Source: Candidatus Multivorans sp. (GTDB lineage Bacteria; Acidobacteriota; Thermoanaerobaculia; Multivoradales; Multivoraceae). Taken from it: a DNA stretch of 64,000 bases. Where the stretch lies: the NCBI GenBank assembly GCA_965247095.1, contig OZ251997.1, forward strand, positions 3,072,001 to 3,136,000, given 5' to 3'. The position numbers were made by a program, and so were the translations under genes. Numbering within the stretch: position 1 is the stretch's first letter; every line of letters starts with the position of its first letter. Below, piece by piece: positions 31,049-42,089 of the stretch. A model generated the notes under the pieces. It worked only from the letters and a program-made list of their open reading frames with translations, was not told where the DNA came from and did no database searches.

Positions 31049-32673
31049 GCTTTCACCGGTTGGGGGCTCGACACTCCGAGTGTTGCCGGACTGCCTTCGC
31101 CGGCGGTGTACTTGGTCCCGATGGCGGTCACCATCCGGTTCAGGGCGGCTACGTACGCCTTGGCCGACGCGACGATGACGTCCGTGTCGGCGCCGTAGCC
31201 GCCGAAGACGCGGCCCTTGCCGCGGCCGCCCGTTGGGCTCTTGATCCGTACCGTGACTTCGCCCATCGCGTCGATGCCCTCCGTGACGCTGTGGACGTTG
31301 TACTCGAGCAGCGTGTTCCTGGCCTCGACGACGGCGTCGATGGCGCGGAAGGTGGCGTCGACCGGGCCGGTGCCGACACCGGGCGAGACGTACTCCTGGC
31401 CGTTCGGACCGACCAGGCGGGCCGTCGCGGTCGGCATGCCGGGCCGCCCGCAGGAGATCTGCAACTCCGTCAGCGTGAAGATCTCCGTGGGCGCCAGGAT
31501 CTTTTGGTTCGCCAGCGCCTGGAGGTCGGCGTCGGTGATGTCCTTCTTCTGATCGGCGAGCTGCTTGAAGCGGCGGAACGCCTCGCCCAGCTCCTCCCGG
31601 CTGAGCTCGAAGCCGAGTTCCTCCATGCGCATCCGGAGCGCGTGCTTGCCGGAGTGCTTGCCCAGGACCAGCCTGCTCTGCGTCAGCCCGACGGTCTGCG
31701 GCGTCATGATCTCGTAGGTGCGCTGATCCTGGAGCATGCCGTGCTGGTGGATCCCGGCCTCGTGCGCGAACGCGTTCTCGCCGACGATCGCCTTGTTCCG
31801 GGGCACCGCGATGCCGGTGTAGTGGGCCACCAGGCGGCTGGTCCGCACCAGTTCGGTCGTGTTCAGGCGGGTGCCGACGCCGTAGATCTGGGGTCGGGTG
31901 TGAAGCGCCATGACGACTTCTTCGAGGGAGGTGTTGCCGGCTCGCTCGCCGATGCCGTTGATCGTCACTTCGACCTGGCGCACGCCGGCCTGGATCGCCG
32001 CCAGCGTGTTCGCGGTGGCGCAGCCGAGATCGTCGTGGCAGTGCGCCGACCAGATGACGCGGTCGGCGCCGTCGGTGTGCTTCATCAGGTACCGGAACAG
32101 GTCGGCGTACTCGACAGGCATGTCGTAGCCGACCGTGTCGGGGATGTTCAGGGTGGTGGCGCCCTCGGCGATGGCCAGCGAGAGAACCTCGACCACGAAG
32201 TCCGGGTCGGAGCGGCTGCCGTCCTCGGGGCTGAACTCGATGTCGTCGCATAGCGACCGGGCGTGCGCGACCATGTGGCCGACCTGGCTCAGTACCTGCT
32301 CGCGGGTCATGCCCAGCTTGCGATCCATGTGCAGGTCCGAGGTCGCGATGAAGGCGTGGATCCGCGGCTTTGCGGCATCGCGGACCCCCTGCCAGGCCTT
32401 GTCGATGTCCTCGCGCCAGCAGCGGGCGAGCCCCGTGATGACCGGTCCGTCGCGGCCTCCGACCTCCCGCGCGATCCGCCGTACGCCCTCCAGGTCGTCC
32501 GGGCTCGCGGCCGGGAAGCCGGCCTCCATGACGTCGATGCCGAGCACGGCGAGCTGGCGCGCCACCTCGAGTTTCTCGGCGCTCGTCATCGTTGCGCCCG
32601 GCGACTGCTCGCCGTCGCGCAGCGTGGTGTCGAAGATCCGGACGTAGTCGCGGTTCGGCCCTGGTCCCGCCAT
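31045..32673 (-). CDS. leuA: 2-isopropylmalate synthase
   Basis: [38 protein letters not shown]-terminal regulatory domain. Confidence 0.96.
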
Positions 32674-32675
32674 CG

Positions 32676-33677
32676 CTACACCTCCTTGGCGTCGAGGAAC
32701 GGCATCATCCGGCGCAGTTCCCGGCCGACCTCCTCGATCGGATGCGTCCTCTCCTTCGCTCGACGGGGATCGAAGCGGGGGCGGCCGTTCCGGTTCTCAG
32801 CGATCCAGTCGCGGGCGTAGGTCCCGTCCTGGATGTCGCTCAGCACCTTGTCCATCACGGCGCGCACGTCCTTCGTGATCATCTGGTCGCCGGCGTGGTA
32901 GCCGCCGTGCTCGGCGGTGTCGGAGACGCTGTACCACATGTAGCCGAGTCCGCCCTCGTACATCAGGTCGACGATCAGCTTCAGCTCGTGCAGGCACTCG
33001 AAGTAGGCGACTTCGGGCTGGTAACCGGCCGCCACCAGCTTCTCGAAGCCGGCGCGCACCAAGGCCGAGGCGCCGCCGCAGAGCACGATCTGCTCGCCGA
33101 AGAGGTCGGTCTCGGTCTCTTCTGCGAAGGTGGTTTCGATGACGCCGGCGCGCGTGCAGCCGATCCCCTTGGCGTAGGCCAGGGCGTCCGCCAGAGCGCT
33201 CCCCGTGGCGTCGTTCGCCACGGCAACGAGACCCGGCGTACCGGCGCCCTCGGTGAACACCTCCCGCACCCGGTGCCCGGGCGCCTTCGGCGCCACCAGG
33301 GACACGTCGACGTTCTGGGGCGCCTCGATCTGGCCGTAGCGGACGTTGAAGCCGTGCGCGAACATCAGGGTGTCGCCGGGCTCGAGGTTCGGTGCGATGT
33401 CCTGTTCGTACAGCTCCGCCTGGGCGGTGTCGGGGGCCAGGATCATGATCATCCGACTCCTGGCCGCGGCCTCGGCGTTGCCCAGCACCTCGAGGCCGTC
33501 GGCCTCGGCCTTGGCCTGGCTGCTGCTTCCCTCCCGCAGGCCGACGACGACGTCGACCCCGCTGTCGCGCAGGTTCAGGGCATGGGCGTGGCCCTGGCTG
33601 CCGTAGCCGATGACGGCGACGGTCCGGCCCTCGAGCCGGGAGAGATCCGCGTCGTCGTCGTAGTAGAGCTTTGCCAT
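32676..33677 (-). CDS. ilvC: Ketol-acid reductoisomerase
   Basis: [37 protein letters not shown]. Confidence 0.98.
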   Translation of the reverse strand: MAKLYYDDDADLSRLEGRTVAVIGYGSQGHAHALNLRDSGVDVVVGLREGSSSQAKAEADGLEVLGNAEAAARSRMIMILAPDTAQAELYEQDIAPNLEPGDTLMFAHGFNVRYGQIEAPQNVDVSLVAPKAPGHRVREVFTEGAGTPGLVAVANDATGSALADALAYAKGIGCTRAGVIETTFAEETETDLFGEQIVLCGGASALVRAGFEKLVAAGYQPEVAYFECLHELKLIVDLMYEGGLGYMWYSVSDTAEHGGYHAGDQMITKDVRAVMDKVLSDIQDGTYARDWIAENRNGRPRFDPRRAKERTHPIEEVGRELRRMMPFLDAKEV

Positions 33678-33773
33678 CTGAGTTGTTCCTCGTCTGTGTG
33701 ACCTGAGCCGAAGCGGCCGTCGGTAGTGTGGTTCCTGGCGGGGTTCTCGAATCTCGTTCTACGGCGCAAGCCG

Positions 33774-34319
33774 CTACAGCACGCTCCGTCTGGCCCTGGA
33801 CCCGCCTCGGTTCGGCTTGAAGCCCGCGTCCTTCAGGGTGTGGCCGCCGCGGCCCATGGCGATGACGCCGGTGCGAACCATCTCGACAATGCCGAACGAA
33901 CGGACGAGCTCGGTGAAGTGCTCGATCTTCTCCTCTTCGCCCGTGATCTCGACGACCAGGGACTCCGCGGCGACATCGATGATCCGGGCGCGGAAGATGT
34001 CGCAGAGCTGGATCACCTCCCGCCGGTTCGAGGAGTCGGCCCTGACTTTGACCAGGGCCATGTCACGGGCGACGGCGGGCTGGCCGTGGAGGTGGTCGAC
34101 GTGGACGACGTCGACCAGCTTGTAGAGGTTCTTCACCAGGCGGTCCGCCTCCGCGGCGTCCGACTCCATGACGATCGTCATCCGCGACACGTGGTCACGC
34201 TGGGTGCGTCCCACGGAGAGGCTGTCGATGTTGAAGCTGCGCCGCCGGAAGAGATTCGCCACACGGGCCAGGACGCCGGGGCGGTTCTCGACCAGAGCGG
34301 CCAGGATGTGCTTTGCCAT
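33774..34319 (-). CDS. ilvH: Acetolactate synthase small (regulatory) subunit
   Basis: ACT domain VENRPGVLARV..FRRRSFNIDSL, EMVRTG. Confidence 0.96.
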   Translation of the reverse strand: MAKHILAALVENRPGVLARVANLFRRRSFNIDSLSVGRTQRDHVSRMTIVMESDAAEADRLVKNLYKLVDVVHVDHLHGQPAVARDMALVKVRADSSNRREVIQLCDIFRARIIDVAAESLVVEITGEEEKIEHFTELVRSFGIVEMVRTGVIAMGRGGHTLKDAGFKPNRGGSRARRSVL

Positions 34320-34331
34320 ATCGCAGTGCCC

Positions 34332-36242
34332 TCAGGACCCGAGCGCCTCAGACTCCGAACCGTGTCCGATGGCCACCGCGGCTGCCGGCGCCTCGGGCTC
34401 GGGCGCCTCGGGCTCGGGCGTCTCGACGGCCGCCGCTTGTTCGCGGCGCCTGCTCTCGAACTCCTCCGGCGTCGGCCGGCGGATCATGTCGTCGAGGTCG
34501 GCGCCCGACGGCACCATGGGATAGACGATCTCTTCCTTCTCGACGACGAACTCGATCAGGGTCGGACCGCCGGTCTGTGCCCGCGACGCAGCGACCGCTT
34601 CCTCGATCTTGCCGCGTTCAGTGACCCGGATCGCGGGGATGTCGTAGGCGGCCGCCAGCTTGCAGAAGTCGGGGTTGACCATGGGTGTCTGGTTGTACCG
34701 CTCGTCGTAGAAGAACTCCTGCCACTGGCGGACCATGCCGAGAAAGCCGTTGTTGATGATGGCGATGTGAACGTTCGCCTGCTCCTGGACGGCGGTGGCG
34801 AGTTCCATCATCGTCATCTGGAAACCGCCGTCGCCGATGATCGCCCAGACCTCCTGGTCGGGGCGGGCCATCTTGGCGCCGATCGCCGCCGGCAGCCCAA
34901 AGCCCATCGTGCCCAGGCCGCCGCTGGTGATCAGGCTGTGCGGCCGCTCGTGCTGGTAGTACTGCGCCTCCAGCATCTGGTGCTGGCCGACGTCGGTGAC
35001 GGTCACGGCGTTGCCATCAGTGAACTCGAACAGGTCCCGGATGACCTGGGCGCCGAGCAGCTTGCCCTCGGGGACCGCGGGGTGCTGGGGTTCGCTCGCC
35101 GGCCTCACGATCTCCCGCTGTTCGGCGCCCGCCCGCCACTCGGCGATCCGGTCGAGCCAGGCCTTGTCCCAGGGGCGCTCGGCCCCTTCCAGCAGTTGCC
35201 GCAACACCTCGCCGAGGTCGCCGACGATCCCCACGTCGACCCTGACGTTCTTGTTGATCTCCGATGGATCGATGTCGACGTGAATCTTGCGCGACTTCTG
35301 GGCGTAGGTCGCCAGGTTGCCGGTCACCCGGTCGTCGAACCGCATGCCGAGGGCGATCAGCAGGTCGGCGTGCTGGATGGCGTGATTGACCTCCGCGCCG
35401 CCGTGCATACCCATCATTCCCAGGCACAGCGGATGGTGTTCCGAGATGGCGCCCTTGCCGAGCAGGGTCAGGGCGACCGGGATCTGCGTGCGCTCGCAGA
35501 GTTCGTTGAGCTCCCGGTTGGCGCCCGCCATGGAGATCCCGTGTCCGGCCAGGATCAGCGGCCGCTTCGACTCGCGGATCAGCTCGAGGGCTCTGTCAAT
35601 CTGGTCGGCGCGGCCCTTGAGCGGCTGCGGGTAGCCGGGCAGGGTGATGGGTTCCTCGGAATAGACGAACTCGGTCGTCTGAACCTGCACGTCCTTCGGT
35701 ATGTCGACCAGGACCGGGCCGGGACGGCCGGTGCGGGCGATGTGGAACGCCTCGCGCATCACGTCGGCCAGCTCCTCGACGCTGGTGACCAGGTAGTTGT
35801 GCTTGGTGATCGGGATCGTGATGCCGGTGATGTCCGTCTCCTGGAACGCGTCCGTTCCGATGGCGCCGGTCGGCACCTGGCCGGTGATGCAGACGATCGG
35901 GGAAGAGTCCATCATCGCGGTGGCAATGCCGGTGACCAGGTTCGTGGCGCCGGGGCCGCTGGTCGCCATCGCGACGCCGACCTTGCCGGTGGCGCGGGCG
36001 TAGCCGTCCGCCATGTGGGACGCGCCCTGCTCGTGACGGGTCAGGACGTGGTGGAGCTGCGGGTACCTGGTCAGGGCGTCGTAGGTGGGCAGGATGGCCC
36101 CGCCCGGATAGCCGAAGACGATGTCGATCCCCTCGCGGAGCAGGCACTCGCAGACGATCTCGGCGCCGGTCAGGACGACTGCGTCCGTGCCCGTGCCTGT
36201 CTCTGTGTGTTCGCTGTCCGTTGCGGTCGTTTCTTCGGCCAT
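34332..36242 (-). CDS. ilvB: Acetolactate synthase large subunit
   Basis: FGYPGGA, RHEQGASHMADGY, TDVGQHQM, GDGGFQMT TPP motif. Confidence 0.97.
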   Translation of the reverse strand: MAEETTATDSEHTETGTGTDAVVLTGAEIVCECLLREGIDIVFGYPGGAILPTYDALTRYPQLHHVLTRHEQGASHMADGYARATGKVGVAMATSGPGATNLVTGIATAMMDSSPIVCITGQVPTGAIGTDAFQETDITGITIPITKHNYLVTSVEELADVMREAFHIARTGRPGPVLVDIPKDVQVQTTEFVYSEEPITLPGYPQPLKGRADQIDRALELIRESKRPLILAGHGISMAGANRELNELCERTQIPVALTLLGKGAISEHHPLCLGMMGMHGGAEVNHAIQHADLLIALGMRFDDRVTGNLATYAQKSRKIHVDIDPSEINKNVRVDVGIVGDLGEVLRQLLEGAERPWDKAWLDRIAEWRAGAEQREIVRPASEPQHPAVPEGKLLGAQVIRDLFEFTDGNAVTVTDVGQHQMLEAQYYQHERPHSLITSGGLGTMGFGLPAAIGAKMARPDQEVWAIIGDGGFQMTMMELATAVQEQANVHIAIINNGFLGMVRQWQEFFYDERYNQTPMVNPDFCKLAAAYDIPAIRVTERGKIEEAVAASRAQTGGPTLIEFVVEKEEIVYPMVPSGADLDDMIRRPTPEEFESRRREQAAAVETPEPEAPEPEAPAAAVAIGHGSESEALGS

Positions 36243-36255
36243 CTTGACCTCCTCC

Positions 36256-37212
36256 TCAGCCCGCCGCCGGCTGTGCCGCCGCTGCCAATCGGGATACCGG
36301 AGTGAGCCAGTTGTGGCGGTCGGGGAGCCGGCCTTCCACCAGACCGAAGAACTCCTCCTGCAGGCGGTGCGTGATCGGGCCGCGGCAGCCGTTGCCGACC
36401 GGAATCTGGTCCACGGAGCGGACCGGGCTGACTTCGGCCGCGGTGCCGGTCATGAACAGTTCGTCGGCCAGGTACAACTCCTCGCGGCTGATCGGCTCGA
36501 AGCGCACGTCGAACTTCAGATCCTGGGCTATCGTGATCACCGAATCGCGGGTGATGCCGTTCAGAATCGAGTTGTGGCTCGGCGGCGTGTAGATCACGCC
36601 GTCCTTGATCAGGAACAGGTTCTCGCCGGGGCCCTCGCAGACCAGGCCGCGGTCGTCGAGCATGATGCCCTCGGCGTAGCCGTTCTGGCGCGCCTCGACG
36701 GAGACGAACTGGTTCGTGACGTACTGCCCGCCGATCTTCCCCAGGGGAGCGCCGGTGTTCGAGTTGAAGCGCCGCCAGGAGGAGACCGCGGCGTCGACGC
36801 CCTGTTCGATCGCCTCCTCGCCGAGGTAGCGCCCCCAGCGGACGGCGAAGATCGCGAGCTTCACTCCGCAGTCCGTGGGGTTGAGTCCCATGCTCTCGGC
36901 GCCGCGGTAGATCAGCGGCCGGATGTAGCAGGACTCCAGGCGGTTGCGCGCCACCGCCTCGAGGCACAACTCCTCGACCTGGTCCTGGACGTAGCCCGGA
37001 TCCATGCGCATGATCCGGCAACTGTCGAACAAACGCCGGATGTGGGCGCCGAGCCGGAAGACGGCCGTCACCTCGCCGGTGTCGTAGGCGCGGATGCCCT
37101 CGAAGACCGACGAGCCGTAGTGGAGGCCGTGGGTCGTGATGTGGACGTTCGCCTCGGCCCAGGGCGTCCACTGGCCCTCGAGCCAGATCCACTCGGATCG
37201 TTCAATCGTCAT
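36256..37212 (-). CDS. ilvE: Branched-chain amino acid aminotransferase
   Basis: HGLHYGSSVFEGIRAY, EGPGENLF, ILNGITR, ELFMTGTAAEV. Confidence 0.96.
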   Translation of the reverse strand: MTIERSEWIWLEGQWTPWAEANVHITTHGLHYGSSVFEGIRAYDTGEVTAVFRLGAHIRRLFDSCRIMRMDPGYVQDQVEELCLEAVARNRLESCYIRPLIYRGAESMGLNPTDCGVKLAIFAVRWGRYLGEEAIEQGVDAAVSSWRRFNSNTGAPLGKIGGQYVTNQFVSVEARQNGYAEGIMLDDRGLVCEGPGENLFLIKDGVIYTPPSHNSILNGITRDSVITIAQDLKFDVRFEPISREELYLADELFMTGTAAEVSPVRSVDQIPVGNGCRGPITHRLQEEFFGLVEGRLPDRHNWLTPVSRLAAAAQPAAG

Positions 37213-37286
37213 GCGGGTTGATCAGTCGTCGTATGGGTTGTTCAGTGGTCATGTGGTGTTTCATGGTGGATTCCGGGGGCCGAACT

Positions 37287-37315
37287 AAAAAAGCCCCCAG
37301 GCGGTGCTGGGGGCT
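37287..37315 (-). terminator. Attenuator terminator upstream of ilvE
   Basis: Minus strand AGCCCCCAG-caccgc-CTGGGGGCT followed by a T run, ~75 nt before the ilvE start. Confidence 0.85.
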
Positions 37316-37345
37316 CTAGGTCGGTCAAGGTACCGGTTGGTGCGC

Positions 37346-37435
37346 CTAGTTAGCCCCCTGGACGGCAAGGACCAGAATCAGAACCAGTAGCAGCAGGCCG
37401 GCGGGAACGCCGAAGTCGGCGATCGATCGCGGCAC
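37346..37435 (-). CDS. ilv-leu leader peptide (attenuator)
   Basis: GTG 37435: (M)PRSIADFGVPAGLLLLVLILVLAVQGAN*, with 11 Leu/Val/Ile in a 12-residue run; alternative in-frame ATG at 37519; overlaps CAGGGGGCT, which can pair with the terminator 5' arm. Confidence 0.8.
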   Translation of the reverse strand: MPRSIADFGVPAGLLLLVLILVLAVQGAN

Positions 37436-37604
37436 CGCGCGGACGGCGACGACGGGCCGGGCGCTGTGGAGAGGCGCCCGCGCACTTCTCCGAAGCCATC
37501 CTGGCGCCAAGCGGGTCATGGCCGGTTCGAGTGTCCCATTTGGGTAGAGGGTTACTGCGGGTATGGGTTTCCGAGTGATCTACCGGATGGTAGGTCGTGC
37601 GGGG

Positions 37605-37634
37605 AGCGTAGGGGAGGACAGGAGCGGCTGTCAA
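37605..37634 (-). promoter_or_regulatory. Putative sigma70 promoter of the ilv-leu leader
   Basis: TTGACA-18 nt-TACGCT on minus strand upstream of the leader. Confidence 0.55.
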
Positions 37635-37667
37635 GTGGACCGCGCGCCTGGCGCCGTCGAGGTGGCG

Positions 37668-39047
37668 CTATCCGACGGTGTCGCGGAAGATGCCGATGAT
37701 CTCGTCCGCTTCGTTCTCGGTGAGCGTCAGGATGGGACGGAACTCCACTCCACCATCCGTGTACCAGGCGGGCACGGTGAAGATGCCGGCCTCGAACAGC
37801 CTCGTGGTCATCTCCATCTTGCCCATCTCTTCGGAGAGGATGCCCATGCACAGTCCGTGCTGGTTCACCTTGTAGGGACCGCCGCGCAGGCCCTCGGCGA
37901 ACTGCTCGGCCAAGACGTTCACGTGCTCCAGGAAGCCGGGCGCCATGGTCAGGTCGCAGACCTTGGCGGTCGCCACGCAGCCGAGTTCGTTGCCGCCGAA
38001 GGTCGAGGAATGCGGTATCGCCGTGTCGAAGAACCACTCCTTGACCTCGGGGGCGAACAGTACGGCCGCGTTGGCGAGGATGCCGCCACCGAGACCCTTC
38101 GCGGTGGTCACGATGTCCGGGACGATGCCGTGGTGTTGCCAGAGCCAGAACTTTCCGGTCGCGCCCAGCCCCGTCTGGACCTCGTCGATGATCAACTTCG
38201 CACCGTGCTTCCGGCAGATGTCCATGACGGCCTGGAAGTAGCCGGGGTCGGGCACCGGGAAACCCGCCTGTGCCGGTGAGGACTCGATCATCACCGCCGA
38301 AGTCTCGTCATCGACGGCAGCGGCCATGGCGTCGACATCGTTGTACGGCACGAAGACAAAGTCGTCGAAGTCGAGCAGATAGCGCTCGTGGTTGTCGGCG
38401 CTGTCGCCGGCGGCCATCGCGAAGCAGGTGTGGCCATGGTAGGAAGCCTCGATCGAAACGAGCTTCGTACGCCGGGTCATGCCTCGAGTGGCGCGTATCG
38501 CGACCTCCGTTGACTCGGCGCCGCTGGCGGTGTAGGTGACCCCGGTAAGTGCGCCATCGGTGCTGGCAATCAGCTTCTCGGCCGCCTTCGCCTTGTAACC
38601 GGAAACCAGCAGCAGGTTCCCGATCTCGAGCTGGTGCAGCGCCTCCTTGACGGCCGCGATGATGTCCGGGTTGCGGTGGCCGAGGTTGTAGAGCGTGCCG
38701 TTGCGGTGGCAGTCCCAGTACCACTTCTTGGTGAAGGCGTCCTGGACGCGCGCGCCCTCGCGCTGGCCGAAGTGAAGCTCGGTGCCGAACGCTCTCATGA
38801 CGCCGACGTTTCCGGGGGACACGTGCTCCGCGAACGCAGTCTCCGTGGCCTCTGCCGAAGGGTAGGGTGGGTAACCCTCGGGGAAGTGTCGCGCTTCCAT
38901 GTCTGCTGGTCTCTGATCGTCAGATGCTCCCAGCGCACCTTCCGTACCTGGTGTGCAGCTCGCCAGAGCCGCGGCGCCGCCGGCGACCGCCATGGTCTTG
39001 ATGCAGTCGCGGCGATTGCTTGTCCTGGGCCTGCCCGCTTCGCTCAT
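37668..39047 (-). CDS. Class III PLP aminotransferase with Tat/lipoprotein signal
   Basis: NLGHRNP, SGAESTE, DEVQTGLG.TG, TAKGLGGG, HSSTFGGN; N-terminus SNRRDCIK..AAALASC. Confidence 0.88.
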   Translation of the reverse strand: MSEAGRPRTSNRRDCIKTMAVAGGAAALASCTPGTEGALGASDDQRPADMEARHFPEGYPPYPSAEATETAFAEHVSPGNVGVMRAFGTELHFGQREGARVQDAFTKKWYWDCHRNGTLYNLGHRNPDIIAAVKEALHQLEIGNLLLVSGYKAKAAEKLIASTDGALTGVTYTASGAESTEVAIRATRGMTRRTKLVSIEASYHGHTCFAMAAGDSADNHERYLLDFDDFVFVPYNDVDAMAAAVDDETSAVMIESSPAQAGFPVPDPGYFQAVMDICRKHGAKLIIDEVQTGLGATGKFWLWQHHGIVPDIVTTAKGLGGGILANAAVLFAPEVKEWFFDTAIPHSSTFGGNELGCVATAKVCDLTMAPGFLEHVNVLAEQFAEGLRGGPYKVNQHGLCMGILSEEMGKMEMTTRLFEAGIFTVPAWYTDGGVEFRPILTLTENEADEIIGIFRDTVG

Positions 39048-39307
39048 TCCAGGGATCTCCCTCTTTCGGAATCGTCGGCCAGTCTCCCTGTCAAGGGGAG
39101 CCGGCTTCTCGATGGTTGTGGTTCGTCGGCGACGCGCAAAGATTTGTTAAGCAAATTACATTTTCGCTCTCGGTGCTCCGCGCTCAGAGAGTATATGGTC
39201 TGCAATGACCTAGACAACAATCTGGCATCGGATGTTGGATCGACGAGTCGATGGCAGTTCATAAAGGTATAGAAAAGAACGACTTACCCGTAGATCGGAG
39301 GATCGGT

Positions 39308-42085
39308 ATGTCCAAGGTTCGATTCCTGGTTGCAGTCTCATTTCTCTTGCTGGCGGTGACGCCGGCCCTGGCCCAGAACGTCGGAACGGTGCGCGGAGAG
39401 GTTCGCGACACGAATGGCGACCCGCTGCCGGGAGTCCTGGTGGAGGTGACAGGGGACATCGTGCGTGGTGAGCGCGCGACGACCAGCGGGGCCACCGGGG
39501 AGTACCTGGTGACGGCTCTGCCGCCGGGCACTGTCACCGTAACGGGAACGCTCGAAGGGTTCGCGGACGAAACGGTCGAGGACGTGCGCATCTCGATCTC
39601 GGCGACCAGTACGGTGAATCTGGTGCTCCACCTCGTCGCGGCCGAGGACACGATCACGGTGACCTCGGAGCGGCCTTTCGTTGACGTGACGAGCAACGTC
39701 ATCAGCACGAACCTGCCGGAAGAATTCATCGACCCCCTGCCCACGAACCGCAACTTCCAGGACTACGCGGGATTCGCCAAGGGCATGAGCAACATGGGCC
39801 GCGACCAAACCTACGCGGAGTACCGCTACTCGGCCTACGGCGGCGGCATGGCCGCGAACTCCTGGAACGTTGACGGTCTCAATGCCTCTCTCCACGAGAA
39901 CAGCAACGTGTGGTGGTGGATCAACCCCGACACGATCGCCGAGATTCAGGTGCTGGGAGTGGGCGCCCCGGCCGAGTACGGAGGCATGTCGGGCGCGGCC
40001 ATCAATGTGGTCACGAAGTCCGGGACCAACGACCTGAACGGTCGCCTGAACTACTTCGGTCAGTACGCGGGCACGACGGCCGAGGGTCCCAAGGCGGCCG
40101 GGCTGGGTGGCGAGGAGACCGGTTTCTATCGAGACAGCTTCCAGAACTACACCCTGGCGCTCGGCGGCCCTCTTGAGCGGGACAAGCTGTGGTACTACGT
40201 GTCGCTCGAGTACAAGGAGGACGCGTTGGGGGAGCCGGGTCAGGTACGCGAGTTGATCCGGCCGGACAAATGGGAGCGCTACAACCTCAAGCTCGACTGG
40301 TCGCTCACTGAGTCGAATACCCTGACGTTCAGCGGCCAGTACGAGGACTACGACTGGCAGCAGACCGCGGATCCCTTCACGGACGAGGACGCGACGTCCC
40401 ACGAGTTCGGAGAAAAGCCCGGATGGAAGCTGGGCTGGCAGTCCGTGATCACGGACAGGACCTTCTTCGAGGTCAGCGTCGGCGCGTTCGAGAACTACGA
40501 CCGCGTCGCCTCGGTGACCGGAAGCATCGCCGCGCCGGTCATCGACTACACGGCGCCGGTGCCGACCACGGTCGGCGGGGTGAAATACCCCTACGACTAC
40601 CCGCCGGAAATGACCAGGGCGAGCGCGAAGTTGACGCACTTCGCGGACGACCTCGGAGGCAGCCACGAGTTCAAGTTCGGCGTCCAGTTCACCGACGCTT
40701 CGATCCAGACCGCCGCGATCTATCCCGGCGCCAGCGGCAAGTACTACTACAAGTTCGGGGCGAACTACTACATCTACGCTCGCCGACCCCACTACTACGG
40801 CAGCGACGCGACCGCGCTGGGGATCTTTGCGGACGACTCGTGGAGCGTCGGCGACAGGCTGACCCTGAACGTGGGCGTTCGCTACGACCAGGACAACGGC
40901 GACATCCCTGCCTTTCCTGAGCTCTTGCAGCACTTCGGCGGCGAGAACCAGGGCGTCAAGACTGGGAACGTGCATCCCGCCTACAAGGACGTCGTGGACT
41001 GGGAGACCATCTCTCCGCGCGTCGGGCTGGCCTACCAGGTCGGCGAGGGCTCGAAGCAGGGCGTGCTGCGGGTGTCCTACGGCAAGTACTTCGAGAGCAA
41101 CAACACGGCGATGTGGAACGGGCCGCATCCCAACCGGCCGGAGGCGAAGTTCGGCTTCAGCGCCAACCGGTACGGCCCCTTCACCTACTTCCGAACGGTC
41201 ACGGACGAGAACCTCGATCCGCCGGACCCGAACATGAAGCCCCCCGAGTTCGACCAGTACGCCGTGGGCTACGAGCAGCAGCTCAGCGACACCCTCACAA
41301 TCGGTGCGGAGCTAGTGATCAAGGAAGGCACGAACCTCATCGGTTGGCACATCCTCGATGACGGCGTTTATGAGAATGTGCCCTTCGTCAACCCGGAAAC
41401 TGGCGAGACGATGACGCTCTTCAGCATCATCGAGGAGCCGACGCGGCGCAAGGGCAACAGCCCAGGCCCTGGAGCGAACGCGCCGTCCGATGCGAGGTAC
41501 TACCAGGACTACGAGGGGTTCTTTGTGACCCTCAGAAAACGCCAGGTCGGCCGTTGGGGACTGAACAGTTCTCTCGGCTACTCGAAGTCGACGGGACGAA
41601 ACACCCGTCCTCTGAACCAGATCCAGGGTCAGCCTTTCTTCAGCAACCAGGAGGGCGCCGATCCGAATCATCATCTGAACGGGGACGGGCTCTACCAGGC
41701 CGACCGGAAGCTGATGTTCCTGGCCCAGGGGCATGTCGACCTGCCCTGGAATCTGAGGGCGGTCGGAGTGCTCAGGGTCCAGGACGGCCGGCCGTATACG
41801 GTCCATAGGCGCGTGCGCTTGAACCAGGGGTTGACCGAGATCGCTCTGCACCCGCACGAAGACGGCGTCCGGCTGCCCGGCAACACCTTCCTGGACCTCG
41901 GCCTCGGGCGCTCGTTCTCGCTCGGGAACGGCCGCGCGCTGGGGGTCGACCTGCAGGTCCAGAACGTACTCAACGACGATGGCTGGGACCAGTGGCAGCG
42001 CGGCGCTTATCGGAGCGGCAATCTCGTACCCCTGAACTTCCTGCTGCCGCGGCGGTTGACGCTGCGCCTGACCTTGGACTTCTGA
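39308..42085 (+). CDS. TonB-dependent receptor (Oar-like), paralog of 4338-7109
   Basis: Signal peptide, carboxypeptidase-regulatory domain, AEYGGMSGAAINVVTKSGTN, C-terminal LTLDF. Confidence 0.92.
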   Translation: MSKVRFLVAVSFLLLAVTPALAQNVGTVRGEVRDTNGDPLPGVLVEVTGDIVRGERATTSGATGEYLVTALPPGTVTVTGTLEGFADETVEDVRISISATSTVNLVLHLVAAEDTITVTSERPFVDVTSNVISTNLPEEFIDPLPTNRNFQDYAGFAKGMSNMGRDQTYAEYRYSAYGGGMAANSWNVDGLNASLHENSNVWWWINPDTIAEIQVLGVGAPAEYGGMSGAAINVVTKSGTNDLNGRLNYFGQYAGTTAEGPKAAGLGGEETGFYRDSFQNYTLALGGPLERDKLWYYVSLEYKEDALGEPGQVRELIRPDKWERYNLKLDWSLTESNTLTFSGQYEDYDWQQTADPFTDEDATSHEFGEKPGWKLGWQSVITDRTFFEVSVGAFENYDRVASVTGSIAAPVIDYTAPVPTTVGGVKYPYDYPPEMTRASAKLTHFADDLGGSHEFKFGVQFTDASIQTAAIYPGASGKYYYKFGANYYIYARRPHYYGSDATALGIFADDSWSVGDRLTLNVGVRYDQDNGDIPAFPELLQHFGGENQGVKTGNVHPAYKDVVDWETISPRVGLAYQVGEGSKQGVLRVSYGKYFESNNTAMWNGPHPNRPEAKFGFSANRYGPFTYFRTVTDENLDPPDPNMKPPEFDQYAVGYEQQLSDTLTIGAELVIKEGTNLIGWHILDDGVYENVPFVNPETGETMTLFSIIEEPTRRKGNSPGPGANAPSDARYYQDYEGFFVTLRKRQVGRWGLNSSLGYSKSTGRNTRPLNQIQGQPFFSNQEGADPNHHLNGDGLYQADRKLMFLAQGHVDLPWNLRAVGVLRVQDGRPYTVHRRVRLNQGLTEIALHPHEDGVRLPGNTFLDLGLGRSFSLGNGRALGVDLQVQNVLNDDGWDQWQRGAYRSGNLVPLNFLLPRRLTLRLTLDF

Positions 42086-42089
42086 CGTG

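Noticed and set aside
34386-34425. PEPEA tandem repeat at the ilvB C-terminus
   Set aside because: Low-complexity tail from slippage; minor
39222-39240. Possible sigma54 promoter TGGCATCGGATGTTGG
   Set aside because: Lacks GC at the required GG-N10-GC spacing
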